A DNA stretch of 64,000 nt from Balanoglossus misakiensis (taxonomy: Eukaryota > Animalia > Hemichordata), in assembly GCA_040954595.2 (NCBI GenBank), contig CM082587.2, forward strand, positions 7,863,705 through 7,927,704. The letters are read 5' to 3'. The notes below the pieces were generated by a model. That model searched no databases. It was given only the letters and a program-made list of their open reading frames with translations, and was not told where the DNA came from. Of this stretch, positions 12,932 through 24,908 are shown one piece after another (within the stretch, counting starts at the first letter, position 1; the number at the start of each line of letters is the position of its first letter). Made by a program: the position numbers and the translations under genes.

Positions 12932-14364
12932 GTCGGGGTGTGTCGAACCAGGACTCCCGTTAAGAAATGAATTCGAATGCACGTACCGTGTACGAGAAGT
13001 TGGAATAAATCGCAAAATAAGTTCCAAGTAAATCGCGTGTGTTGTGTACATTTGTGTGTTGATGAGAAAGTTTGTACTAAGTCCGGTAAATTATTAACTG
13101 GTGATCGTGACTATCTGTTATCTGTTTTCATCATTTCTATTATGTCCTTGACTATAATTCGGAGTATTGCCGTGTTGATCTTCGGTACAACATGAATTAA
13201 AGTTATGTAGCACTCTGGGATCAACAGTTGGAATTACAGCATGAGCTTAACTATAATGTGATAGCAACCCAACCCCATGGACAGAGGAATGTGGACGGAA
13301 ACTAGGTTTTTAGTCCACTGACACAGTCACTGCTAACAAGCGCGTACCGAAATTCTGGCATAATTTCCTATTGCACTTATAGACGTGCAATCTTTGGGTT
13401 ATCAAAAACACACAATGAATAATTATAAAAGTGTTTAATATAATTATTAATGATTATTATCATTTACAAGTAGGCTAATTACAAAAATACCACACTACGG
13501 TACGCTGCTTTCCCTATAATGATGTTAAATACTGAAAAAAGGAAGGGGCAAATTAGTATTAGTATTAGTACAAGTACTGACTCATTAATGACACGATCCC
13601 CGCAGGAGGCGTATGTAGACGACTCTTTCCTTGTTGCATACCGTTTTCTTCTTTTATTAATAATACTCCTCTTTTGGCACCTTTTGTGAAAATTTCAAGA
13701 ATATTTCCCGTTTCCTCAAAAAGACAACTTGGGTGTGGCATATTGGGATATTTCAACTTGCACCGATATCAAAATAAAAATTGTGTTTGTAGAAAAAATG
13801 GATCTCTACCAAGCTGAAAGATTTTGCTATGCAAAACAGGTAATTGCGCCTTCACATTAAAATATTCTCAGCTGTGACATTAATTTGCGCCCTCAAGAAT
13901 AGTATTTTTGCTTTCTTTCTGGTATTTTGACACAGTGGAGTTCAATTTAAACAAATCTCTAAAAAGAAATAAATTGGTTGTCATCAGAAAAGATTACGCT
14001 GTCCAAATCCGTTCAACCTGTGGCAAAGAACAGTCAACTCAGTCTCCGAGCTGCATGTGAAGAACTAAAACAAAACTTTCACATTCGCGTGGCGTTGAGG
14101 GCGATGTATGGTTGTGAAACGTCACATCATGGCGGCGGGTTTGAAGTGAATGGAGCGAGCGCGAAATATTGTTTCTGAGATACTGGTTCCTAGAATTCGC
14201 CAGCGGTCCTGCTGCAAGTTTTATCACAGGTTAGTAAATATTCCATTATCCTATCGCCGATTGTTAAATTTCCATCAAAAATGGACGTTATTTCGAACAA
14301 AGACTCCACAACTCGAAGTACTGCGTGACAGTCGGGTGGATGACTTTATCAGATGCGTCCAGTG

Positions 14365-14918
14365 TAGCTGCAATAATTGTAGCCTTGGTGGGTTGGGTGA
14401 TCGCTGTCGCCCCCACCAGGGCTACAAGGCGTTCCTATACTTTTGTACGTAAAACTGCACTGCGGATCCGCAGTGCGCGGACAAGGCAAACTCTGGGGCC
14501 CATCAGCAGCGATGTACTCCTTGCAGCTGAAAAATGACAGTTTAATCACTCGGACACAAAGTCAATTCAAACTCCGCCGCCATTTTGTATTGCGAGATAT
14601 ATACGAGACAAAATGGCGGCGGAGTTTGAATTGACTTTGTGTCTGAGTGATTAAACTGTCATTTTTCAGCTGCAAGGAGTACATTTGTCCGTCGATATGG
14701 GGTTACAACGCTGCTAACATTATCCGGGAACAGGATTACGGTTATATTTTCAAACGGAGAGGCGATATTCGCTGCTGATGGGCCCCAGAGTTTGCCTTGT
14801 CCGCGCACTGCGGATCCGCAGTGCAGGTTTACGTACAAAAGTATAGGAACGCCTTGTAGCCCTGGTGGGGCCGACAGCGATCACCCAACCCACCAAGGCT
14901 ACAATTATATTGCAGCTA
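14365..14918. mobile_element. 554-bp foldback MITE with nested palindromes and 9-bp TSD
   Basis: ~148-bp outer TIRs (14365-14512 vs 14769-14918), inner near-perfect palindrome ~14512-14684; flanks CGTCCAGTG (14356-14364) and CGTTCAGTG (14919-14927). Confidence 0.9.
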
Positions 14919-15276
14919 CGTTCAGTGCATCACTGACGGTAATACTCCGAGACTAGGGAAGCGGTGAGGGTCGTACAATTCTCCCTGCCTTAAATAGGGT
15001 TGTGCTACCTAGGTGACTGATAAAAACCTCACATGGTCGACACAATTTCATCATCACGATGTTTACCACGCATGTTTATGAAATGAGAGTTAAAGTGATA
15101 TTCAGTCATTGGGTAACCCAGCTCTCTGGAAGAAGGTAAGATGTGCAACTGCAAAGTTTAATCACAGATCGACCATTCCCAAGGATATGTTTCATAGAAG
15201 TTTATTTCTTCTCACGATTGGAATAATGAACATAATGATGTGATCGAAGCAAACGTGCTTGACAAGTCAGAAGTAT

Positions 15277-17452
15277 TCAATCTTGAACAGCTACATTGTA
15301 AAATGGGAACGTGCCTCCGAAATCTCTTCGAAAAGGAGCGCCTGGAAAAAAAAAACATTCAGATTTTCTATCATGTATCTTTGTTGTGATTTGCTTTAAT
15401 ACTAATACGGTATACCTAGAATATCCAATGAATTAGAACCGTTGTGTACATACATGATGCTATAATTCAGTACGTTTTTAATATCGTACATTAAATGTGA
15501 CAAGTTAATCTTTTATATTAAGCAGACACTGTATTGTTTGTCATATTGAGCTGTCAGACTACTAGTATTTTTATTGGGCTGATATAAAAGTGCCATAACT
15601 TAGGGAGTTGGTTGTTGTTGCTGTTGTTGTTGTTCTTTAGTATAAAACAGCAGAAGTTGTCAAACGCATCGTTCACATTGATTAGTGCTCGCTTACCTGG
15701 GTTCAACTGCAAGACAGAATGGGCGTATGTTGCAACATCATAGAGATTGCACACGCAGTCATCAAAATCATCGTTGCAGGCGTCTTCCACCTGGACACAC
15801 CCTCCTTCAACCTCATCGCAGACAATCCCACCATCAGCGCACACTAGACACAAAATCGGAGCTTGTTAGAGGTCTAACAATTAGATGTATACAGGTACAC
15901 TTGAAAGCCCCAGTAACTCCAACTGTTGCCATTCGTAGTTTGAAAACTTTGAACAATGCTCAGAACCTGCTTCTTACATCCGGGTAGTTAGTTCATTAAA
16001 CCATATAGACATGTCCCATGATGCATTCAGTTTCGCCGATCACGTGGTACATAGTGCAGCAGTATGCAATTTCATTTGACTCAAACAAATTTAATGAAAC
16101 GTTATATGATGAGAATTATGTCCTCGAATGCTTTGTGTGGTTGTATTATGTAAATTTTGTTACGTAATGAACTGTTGCTAGGAGATGACAATTTTAACCT
16201 AGCTAGGGGGTATGACTGGCAGTCAGACTCCACTGAGTCAATCTCTGTCCGGAGAATGAAAGATCACGTGATAATGTGCTTGGAATAATTGTTTTAAGTA
16301 CAATGTACCTACCATCATAGCCAAACCTAAAGATATATGCCGTGACTGCATACTTTTGGTAAAGCGAAGCTCCTTCAAAATCAACAACGCCTGAAAAGGA
16401 TAAACATACAGAAACATCAAAGTCATCTAGTTCTTGCATGTTGAAATAATATTTCATGGCTGCAGTATGGGTAACATACAATACATATTGTGCATAAAAA
16501 CGTGCAACAACTAACTTTAAGTGTAGTTAAGAGTTTAAAGAAATGTCTTAATGATTTTCAGTATGGCCTAACATTAATTTGAACTTCCTATGAAGTTCCA
16601 TTTGCAAAATATTATAGAAATCCGATAACTTGGAATGCTTTTGAGCAAGTGAGAATTTTATGACTCGTCTAGGTAGCAAAATACTACTCAGGAAAGTGAC
16701 TTAAATATTCAAAGGAAATGACGTTGTGGAAACAGACTTTTCTGAAGATAGATAAATAAGTTCCATACCATTTTCAAAAAGTTTGAATATGGCATCCACA
16801 GTTCTGCATATGTCATCAGCTGCGAACAGATCTTCAGGTGGACAAGTTTTGCACAAGAAGTCCCCACAATCACGCAGCGTCCTACACTCTACGTCACAGG
16901 AATGTACCATTTCTACAGGGTGACAAGGCATCTCGTCTGCAGCTGGGCATTCTGAAATTTTGTGTGTTTTTCGAAGTGGTTAATAAAATTGTTTGGAATA
17001 CTTATAAATTGACAGAAATGTGTTCAGTTTTTCAACAGTGACGAAAATTGGTGATTCTTAAGAAACTACTACATAACTATATATTGTTGAAGTCGCGTAT
17101 GTTAATTTAAGAACATTTATCAACCAATCAGTGCTTACCGTCGTCTCCCAGTTCTTGTTTCAAAATTTTCATCATATCTGCCTCGGTAAAAGGCAGTAAC
17201 CCCTAAATTAAACAAATTTAGAGTGTTGTATGTCACTATAATGCTCACACTCTTAAGAAAATACACCATCAGAAGCGGAATAAAATGCCAATGCAACATA
17301 AGAGCTTGTCATGTTCATTTTAACTTCTCGCAAAGAAGGTTTAACTTAAGATGTGGATCGGTTTGATAGGGAAATAATATAATGGCACTTACGGCATCGA
17401 CGACAAGGGTGGACAGGGAAAGCGCGACCACAAATACGTTCAAATGAAGCAT
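15277..17452 (-). CDS. Unrecognised secreted acidic Cys-rich protein, paralog A (198 aa, 6 exons)
   Basis: Exons 17452-17393 (MLHLNVFVVALSLSTLVVDA), 17202-17139, 16951-16769, 16390-16313, 15843-15697, 15341-15277; GT/AG and phases conserved in all three copies; frame intact; 14 Cys. Confidence 0.88.
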
Positions 17453-18884
17453 GGTTTCTCTTCTGTACGTTCTCTCGACTGGTCTGTACTGTGATTCGAG
17501 CTATGCATCTGACACAGTGACTATATATGCTTTTTTGAAGGACACGATTAATCTTCGTTTGGGCCATTAGCTCAATTTTATCACTTCACCGGAAATTTGT
17601 GGCCATGGACTTAATGTTTCCCAGGTACCATTTCTTGTAATCAATCCTCCATCAAGTTAAATTTCTTCCTGGTTTGTCAATGTCATGTGAAATTTAATCA
17701 TACTAATTTGGAACACCGCGGGAGATTGTCGATTCTACTCTCAAAACTGATCAGACTTGAATTAGCAGTTTTCTAAATTTTCAATGCCAAATAAAATCGC
17801 TATACTCAAGATGGGGCAATGGTAGCAGATTTTACTGTGGTCTCTCATATATTTGTTGAATCTACCCCACTCCATACTTTATATACCTCAGGTGAAGCAA
17901 TACACTTACATGAACTACGGATAGGCTGGTTATTTGTTTAAAAGCAGAAATGTGAGTATTCTTCATATTTATTGGGTAGAAATCGCGTTAGGGTCCTTTT
18001 ACCCCATTCAATTAACGGGGGAATTTGGTTTTTGTTTTATAATTGTAAAAGGTGAAACTTTTCGTATCAAAACATTTAAAATCATTACGTACATGAATTA
18101 AAAATATGTTTAGATTCATTTTATGACAACTATGAATCTGCGTACCCTATGGTAGGACCCTGGCTATATGATCCTTAAAATTTCTGAATATAATTTTGAT
18201 TCGTCATTTTGTATGCAAGTGAGGTCAAATTCAAAAGTGCATTATTTAATTAGAAAGTTATTACATGCCTTAAAACGCTCCTCGGGGACAAATTTGTAGA
18301 TGTTCATATTCTTGTTTTCATGAAAATCGCTACTAAATGCTAAAGATTATCCCTAGCTGGAAATCGTGTATCGAGTAATTCTTTAATGCTTGTAATCTTA
18401 CACCAATTGTAATTGCTTTCTGGTCATGATTTCAATGACGGTCAGCTGTACAACCGGTATACGATATGATAATAATAATAACACTAATTTGGAATTAAGC
18501 CATCAACTGTGAAAATAAAACGTAATTTTTCTCAAAAATGGCTCGAGAAAAAATTCAGTATCATTTCCTGGTCTTTTTAGTCCCAAATAAGATTAGAATC
18601 TACAATCTCCCGCGTTGTTCCATATTAGTATGATTAAATTTCACATCACATTTGCAAAACCAGGAAGAAATTATATATCATGGAGGATTGATTACAAGAA
18701 ATAGTAGCTGAGATATACAAATTTTTACCACATGATTTCCCGTGTAATGATAATAATTACGGAGATAATGGCCCAAACGAAGTTTAATTGTGTCATTCAA
18801 AAACATATTATATATACATGTAGTGTCAGATGCATGGCTGGAACACAGTACAGACCAGTCGAGAGAACGTACAGAAGAGCAAAC

Positions 18885-20945
18885 ATGCTTCATTTCAACG
18901 TATTTGTGGTCGCGTTTTCCCTGTCCAGCCTTGTCGTCGATGCCGTAAGTGCCATTATATTATTCCCAATCAAACCGATCCACGTGTTAAGTTAAACCTT
19001 CTTTGCGAGAAGTTGAAATGGACATGACAAGCTCTTATTGGCATTTTATTTCGCTTCTGCTGTTGTATTTTCTTAAAAGTGTGAGCATTGTTTGCGCGAT
19101 GACTCCACGACAATATTTTTATAATATCATTGCAGTAAAGTGACGAACAACACTCTAAATCTGTTTATTTTAGGGGTTACTGCCTTTTTCCGAAGCAGAT
19201 ATGATGAAATTTGTGAAACAAGATATGGTACCCGATGGTAAGTCACACTCGGCCCTTGCTACTGTCTTTACTTTATCATTCACAAATGGAAAAATATAAC
19301 TTAACATTGGCAAATATCACCCTCGTTGACAGTAATGTCGATATTAAGCAGTGCTGTACTAGTAAGGTTGTAACATATGTTCGAAAAAATACAACACATT
19401 GTCACGGTTTATTTTCTAGTTTCCCTTTGCCTTCAATGTGTCCTGCATCAGTGAATATTGAGCGACAAGTAGACATTCGACGCGTTGACCTCTGCAAACG
19501 AGCGCTGATTGGTTGATAAAAATTGTGATACAGTGATGTGATAGATTCTCAAGAATCGCAAGTTTTTCGTGACTGTTGAAAATGGCTAAGAGCAAATTTC
19601 TGTTCATTTGTAAGTATTCCAAACAATTTTACTAACCACTACCAAAAAAACACTCATAATTTCAGGATGCCCAGCCGCAGACGAAATGCTTTGTCACCCT
19701 GTACAAATGGTTCATTCCTGTGACGTAGAGTGTAGGACGATGCGTGATTGTGGGGAGTTCTTGTGCAAAACTTGTCCGTCGGAGGATCCGTTCGAGGCTG
19801 AATACGTATGCAGCGCTGTGGATGCCATAAACAAACTTTTTGAAAATGGTATGGAACTTATTTATCTATGATCTTCACTGAAAAAAGTATCATTGTTTCC
19901 AGAACTGGATGACATTTGATCTTTCTGTATGTTTATCCTTTTCAGGCGTTATTGATATTGAAGGATCTTCGCTTGAACAAAAATATTCAGTCACGGCAAC
20001 AATCTTGACGGCAGGTTATGAAGGTTAGTTAAAATTGTCATCTCCTAGCAAAAGTTCATTACGTAACAAAATTTACACAATACAACCACACAAAGCATTC
20101 GAGGACATATTTCGCATCATATAACGTTTCATTAAATTTGTTTGGGTCACATGAAATTACATACTGCTGCACTATGTACCACGTGATCGGCGAAACTGAA
20201 TGCATCATGGGACATGTCTATATGGTTTAATGAACTAACTACCCGGATGTAAGAAGCAGGTTCTGAGCTTTGTTCATAGTTTTCAAACTACGAATGGCAA
20301 CAGTTGGAGTTACTGGGGCTTGCAAGTGTACCTGAAAGGACCCTACTTATACATCTAATTGTTAGACCTCTAACAAGCTCCGATTTTGTGTTTAGTGTGT
20401 GCTGATGGTGGGATTGTCTGCGATGAGGTTGAAGGAGGGTGTGTCCAGTTGGAGGACGCCTGCGACGATGATTTTGATGACTGCGTGTGCAATCTCTATG
20501 ATGTTGCAACACTCGCCAATATCATCTTGAACCAAGGTAAGGTAGCACTAATTAATGAGAACGATGCGTTTGACAACTTCTGCTGTTTTATACTAAAGAA
20601 CAACAACAACAACAACCAACTCCCTAAGTTATGGCACTTTTATCTCAGTCCAATAATAATAATAGTAGTCTGACAGCTCAATATGACAAACAATACAGTG
20701 TCTGTTTAATAAAAAAGATTAACTTGTCACATTTAATGTACGATATTAAAAACGTACTGAATTATAGCGCCATGTATATACACACAGCGGTTTTAATTCA
20801 TTGGATAGTTTTAGTTCGTTGTATAGTTTTAAAGTAAATCACAAGAAAGATACATGATAGAAAATCTGATTTTTTTCCAGACTCTCCTTTCCGAAGAGAT
20901 TTCGGAGGCACGTTCCCATTTTACAATGTAGCTGTTCAAGATTGA
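18885..20945 (+). CDS. Unrecognised secreted acidic Cys-rich protein, paralog B (196 aa, 6 exons)
   Basis: Exons 18885-18944, 19174-19237, 19666-19848, 19946-20023, 20396-20536, 20881-20945 (591 nt). MLHFNVFVVAFSLSSLVVDA-GLLPFSEADMMKF...CPAADEMLCHPVQMVHSCDVECRTMRDCGEFLCKTC...VCADGGIVCDEVEGGCVQLEDACDDDFDDCVC...DSPFRRDFGGTFPFYNVAVQD. Confidence 0.88.
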
Positions 20946-21683
20946 ATACTTCTGACTTGTCAAACACGTTTGGTTCGATCACATCATTATGTTCATTATT
21001 CCAATTATGAGAAGAAATAAACTACTATGAAACATATCCTTGTTGGGAATGTTCGATGTGCGATTAAATTCAAATGATTTCATCTTTACTGTAACACTCT
21101 GTTAAGTACTGCACTCTGTTCGTCGCGTCATGGCCAAGTGCAAGGCATCGATCGACCGACCATAGCTTTGAACCCCCATTTCTAAATCATTGAAGTTCAT
21201 CGTGTAACAATCATCAGGCGACTGTGACCCAAGCAATGCATTAGGTGCAACCTTACAAAGTAAAGACCACTTGGCGTGTGACATGATAATAACATGTGCC
21301 ATCAGGAGGAGCCAGGTAGTTACATTGAGTTCAATGGCCTAACACTGTTCATTCGATAAACTGAAACTAATATCCCCGAGTTGGACGTTCTCCTCTGGCA
21401 GATCGACAGCCTTACTTGGATGAACTTGTCTTTATATCTCGATTTTTTTTCTCGGACGGCACATCACTGCTTAACGGGCGGGAAATGCGTTTGATCCCGA
21501 GCAGATTTTGGCTGTCCGATCCCTCTGTTTTATGATTTGACGAGACTTTGTTTCTGCAAAATCTAACCTGGGAAATACATTTTTGGATTGAAGTAAACCT
21601 GCTCGCCGTGACCTTTTCACTTTTATTTATTAAAGGGACAAAGTCTCTCTCTCGCTGCCCTTTTCCATTAATTATGTTTGATG

Positions 21684-21806
21684 CAAGACATCGCATTTTG
21701 AGTTCTATTACCATGCAAATATCAAAATCGACGATAGCAGACTGCGTTTCCTGACCCTCTGTGTGAAAGTCTACCTAAAACACACCGGGGTCTAGATTCC
21801 AGACTA
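21684..21806 (-). mobile_element. Left half (inverted) of a split TAGTCTGG-type MITE
   Basis: Ends in GGGGTCTAGATTCCAGACTA (21787-21806) followed by GTAAGCGTA, the reverse complement of the target site seen empty at 17901-17909; 21684-21710 is an inverted duplicate of 24544-24570. Confidence 0.7.
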
Positions 21807-22287
21807 GTAAGCGTATTGCTTCACCTAAGGTATATAAAATATGAAGTGGGGTAGATTCAACAGAGGTGTCAAATGCCATTGATAAATCATCCACCATTGC
21901 CACATCTTGAGTATATATGTAACTATTTTATTTGGCTTTGATAATTTAGAAAACTCATCATTCACATCAGTTTTTTAGTTTGGAGATAATTATAAGATTA
22001 GGATCGACAATCTCCCGCGTTGTTTCATATTAGTATGATTAAATTTTCACATCACATTTGCAAAACCAGGAAGAAATTATACATCATGGAGGATTGATTA
22101 CAAGAAATGGTAACTGGGAAACATTAATTCTGACCACGCGATTTCCCGTGTAATGAAAAATACGGAGATAATGGCCCAAACGAAGTTTAATTGTGTCATT
22201 CAAAAACATATTATATATACATGTAGTATCAGATGCATAGCTGGAACACAGTACAGACCGGTCGAGAGAACGTACAGAAAAGCAACC

Positions 22288-24346
22288 ATGTTTCATTTGA
22301 ACGTATTTGTGGTCGCGTTTTCCCTGTCCAGCCTTGTCGTCGATGCCGTAAGTGCCATTATATTATTCCCAATCAAACCGATCCACATGTTAAGTTCAAC
22401 CTTCTTTGCGAGAAGTTAAAATGAACATGACAAGCTCTTTATATTGGCATTTTATTTCGCTTCTGCTGTTGTATTTTCTGAAAAGTGTGAGCATTGTTTG
22501 CGCGATGACTCCACGACAATATTTTTATAATATCATTGCAGTATAGTGACAAACAACACTCTAAAAAAATTGTTTAATTTAGGGGTTACTGCCTTTTACC
22601 CAATCAGATTTGATGAAAATGTTGAAACAAGACCGGGCAGACGATGGTAAGTCACACTCGGCCCTTGCTACTGACTTTACTTTATCATTCACAAATTTAA
22701 TGAAAAAAAAATAACTTAAAGTTGGCAAATATCACCCTCGTTAACAGTAATGTAAATATGAATGGATCGATATTAAGCAGTGCCAGTGTAAGTAGACATT
22801 CGACCCGTTGACCTCTGCAAACAAGCGCTGATTGGTTGATACGCACCTTTTCGTGACTGTAGAAATTGTTGAATTTGAATGGAGCAAATTTCTGTCAATT
22901 TGTAAGTATCCCAAACAATTTTACTAACCACTACCAAAAAAACACTCATAATTTCAGAATGCCCAGCCGCAGACGAGATGCTTTGTCGCCCATATCAGAT
23001 GATACATTACTGTGACGTAGAGTGTAGGACGCTGCGTGATTGTGGGGACTTCTTGTGCAAAATTTGTCCACCTGCGTATCAGTCAGCAGCTGAATACGTA
23101 TGCAGCGCTGTGGATGCCATAAACAAACTTTTTGCAAATGGTATGGAACTTATTTATCTATGATCTTCACTGAGAAAAGTCTCATTGTTTCCAGAACTGG
23201 ATGACATTTATGTTTCTGTATGTTAATCCTTTTCAGGCGTTATTGATTTTGAAGGAGCTTCGCTTCAACAAAAGTATTCAGTCACGGCAGATATCTTTGG
23301 GTTAGGATATGATGGTAGGTACATCATCACGTGTTCTTTTATTCTCCGTACAGAGATTGACTGGAGTCTGACTGCCAGTCATACCTTATCTCCTAGCAAC
23401 ATTAATAACGTAACAATATTGACATAATACAACCACATAAAGCATTCGAGGACATATTTCTCATCATGTAACGTTTCATTAAATTTGTTTGGGTAACATG
23501 AAATTGCATACTGATCGGCTAAACTGAATGCATTATGGGACATGTCTGTATGATTTAATGAACTAACTACCCGGATGTAAGAAGCAGGTTCTGAGCTTAG
23601 TCTGGTTCCCTGCCCCAATCCCACCGCTGGGGCAGGGAACCAGACTAGTTCTGAGCTTTGTTCAAAGTTTTCAAACTACGAATGGCAACAGTTGGAGTTA
23701 CTGGGGCTTTCAAGTGTATCTGAAAAGACTCTACTTATACATCCAATAGTTAGACCTCTAACAAGCTCCGATTTTGTGTCTAGTGTGCGCTGATGGTGGG
23801 ATTGTCTGCGATGAGGTTGAAGGAGGGTGTGTCCAGGTGGAAGACGCCTGCAACGATGATTTTGATGACTGCGTGTGCAATCTCTATGATGTTGCAACAT
23901 ACGCCCATTCTGTCTTGAACCCAGGTAAGCAAGCACTAATCAATGTGAACGATGCGTTTGACAACTTCTGGTTTTTTATACTAAAGAACAACAACAACAA
24001 CAGCAACAACAACCAACTCCCTAAGTTATGGCACTTTTATCTCAGCCCAATAAAAATACTAGTAGTCTGACAGCTCAATATGACAAACAATACAGTGTCT
24101 GCTTAATATAAAAGATTAACTTGTCACATTTAGTGAACGATATTTAAAAACGTACTGAATAATAGCGCCATGTATGTACACAGCGGTTTTAATTCATTGG
24201 ATGATTTTAGGTTTACCGTATTATTAATATTAAAGTAAATCACAACAAAGATACATGATAGAAAATCTGATTTGTTTCCAGACTCTCCTTTCCGAAGAGA
24301 TTTCGGAGGCACGTTCCCATTTTACAATGTAGCTGTTCAAGATTGA
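22288..24346 (+). CDS. Unrecognised secreted acidic Cys-rich protein, paralog C (196 aa, 6 exons)
   Basis: Exons 22288-22347, 22583-22646, 22958-23140, 23237-23314, 23784-23924, 24282-24346; same exon sizes as B, frame intact, same 14 Cys. Confidence 0.88.
23598..23647. mobile_element. 50-bp MITE with 20-bp perfect TIRs and 10-bp TSD in intron 4 of paralog C
   Basis: TAGTCTGGTTCCCTGCCCCA...TGGGGCAGGGAACCAGACTA; TSD GTTCTGAGCT at 23588-23597 and 23648-23657; the site is empty in paralogs B (~20260) and A (~15960). Confidence 0.95.
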
Positions 24347-24543
24347 ATACTTCTGACTTGTCAAGCACGTTTGGTTCAATCGATCGCATCACTATGTTTA
24401 TTGTTCAAATTATGACAAGAAATAAACTACTATGAAACATATCCTTGTTGGGACTATTTGATCTGCGATTGAATTCAAATGATTTAATCTTTACTGTAAC
24501 ACTGTTACTGCACTCTGTTTGTCGCGTCATGGTCAAGTACACT

Positions 24544-24674
24544 TAATAGAACTCAAAATGCGATGCCTTGGCAACGAGGTCACCACGCGATCTGGACTCT
24601 GAAGTCGTTCAAGTCAATCACCTTACGTGACACACTAATGATTGGCCGGAGCACGGGGTCTGGATTCCAGACTA
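24544..24674 (+). mobile_element. Right half of the split TAGTCTGG-type MITE
   Basis: Ends in GGGGTCTGGATTCCAGACTA (24655-24674) followed by TACGCTTTAC and then sequence homologous to 17910-18050. Confidence 0.7.
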
Positions 24675-24908
24675 TACGCTTTACATGAACTACGGAAAGA
24701 CTGGTTATGTGTATAAGAGCAGAAATGTACATATTCTTCATATTTATTGGGTAGAAATGGAGTTTGGGTCGTTTTATCCCATTCAATCGAGGGGTGAACT
24801 TGGTATGTGTTTTATAATTGTAGAAGAATATTAAACGACGGTGAAGTGCGCTGGCTAAATGACTCCCTAAGCTATTGGTAGAAAGAAGAAAGAGTCTTGT
24901 CAGACAGT

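Noticed and set aside
14150-14634. Overlapping ORFs on both strands
   Set aside because: They overlap a GC-richer palindromic MITE and show no protein features.
15554-15696. Poly-Asn tail (LKNNNNSNNNQ) in ORF-track proteins at 15554, 20386 and 23774
   Set aside because: Read-through past the exon 5 donor into an intronic (AAC)n microsatellite.
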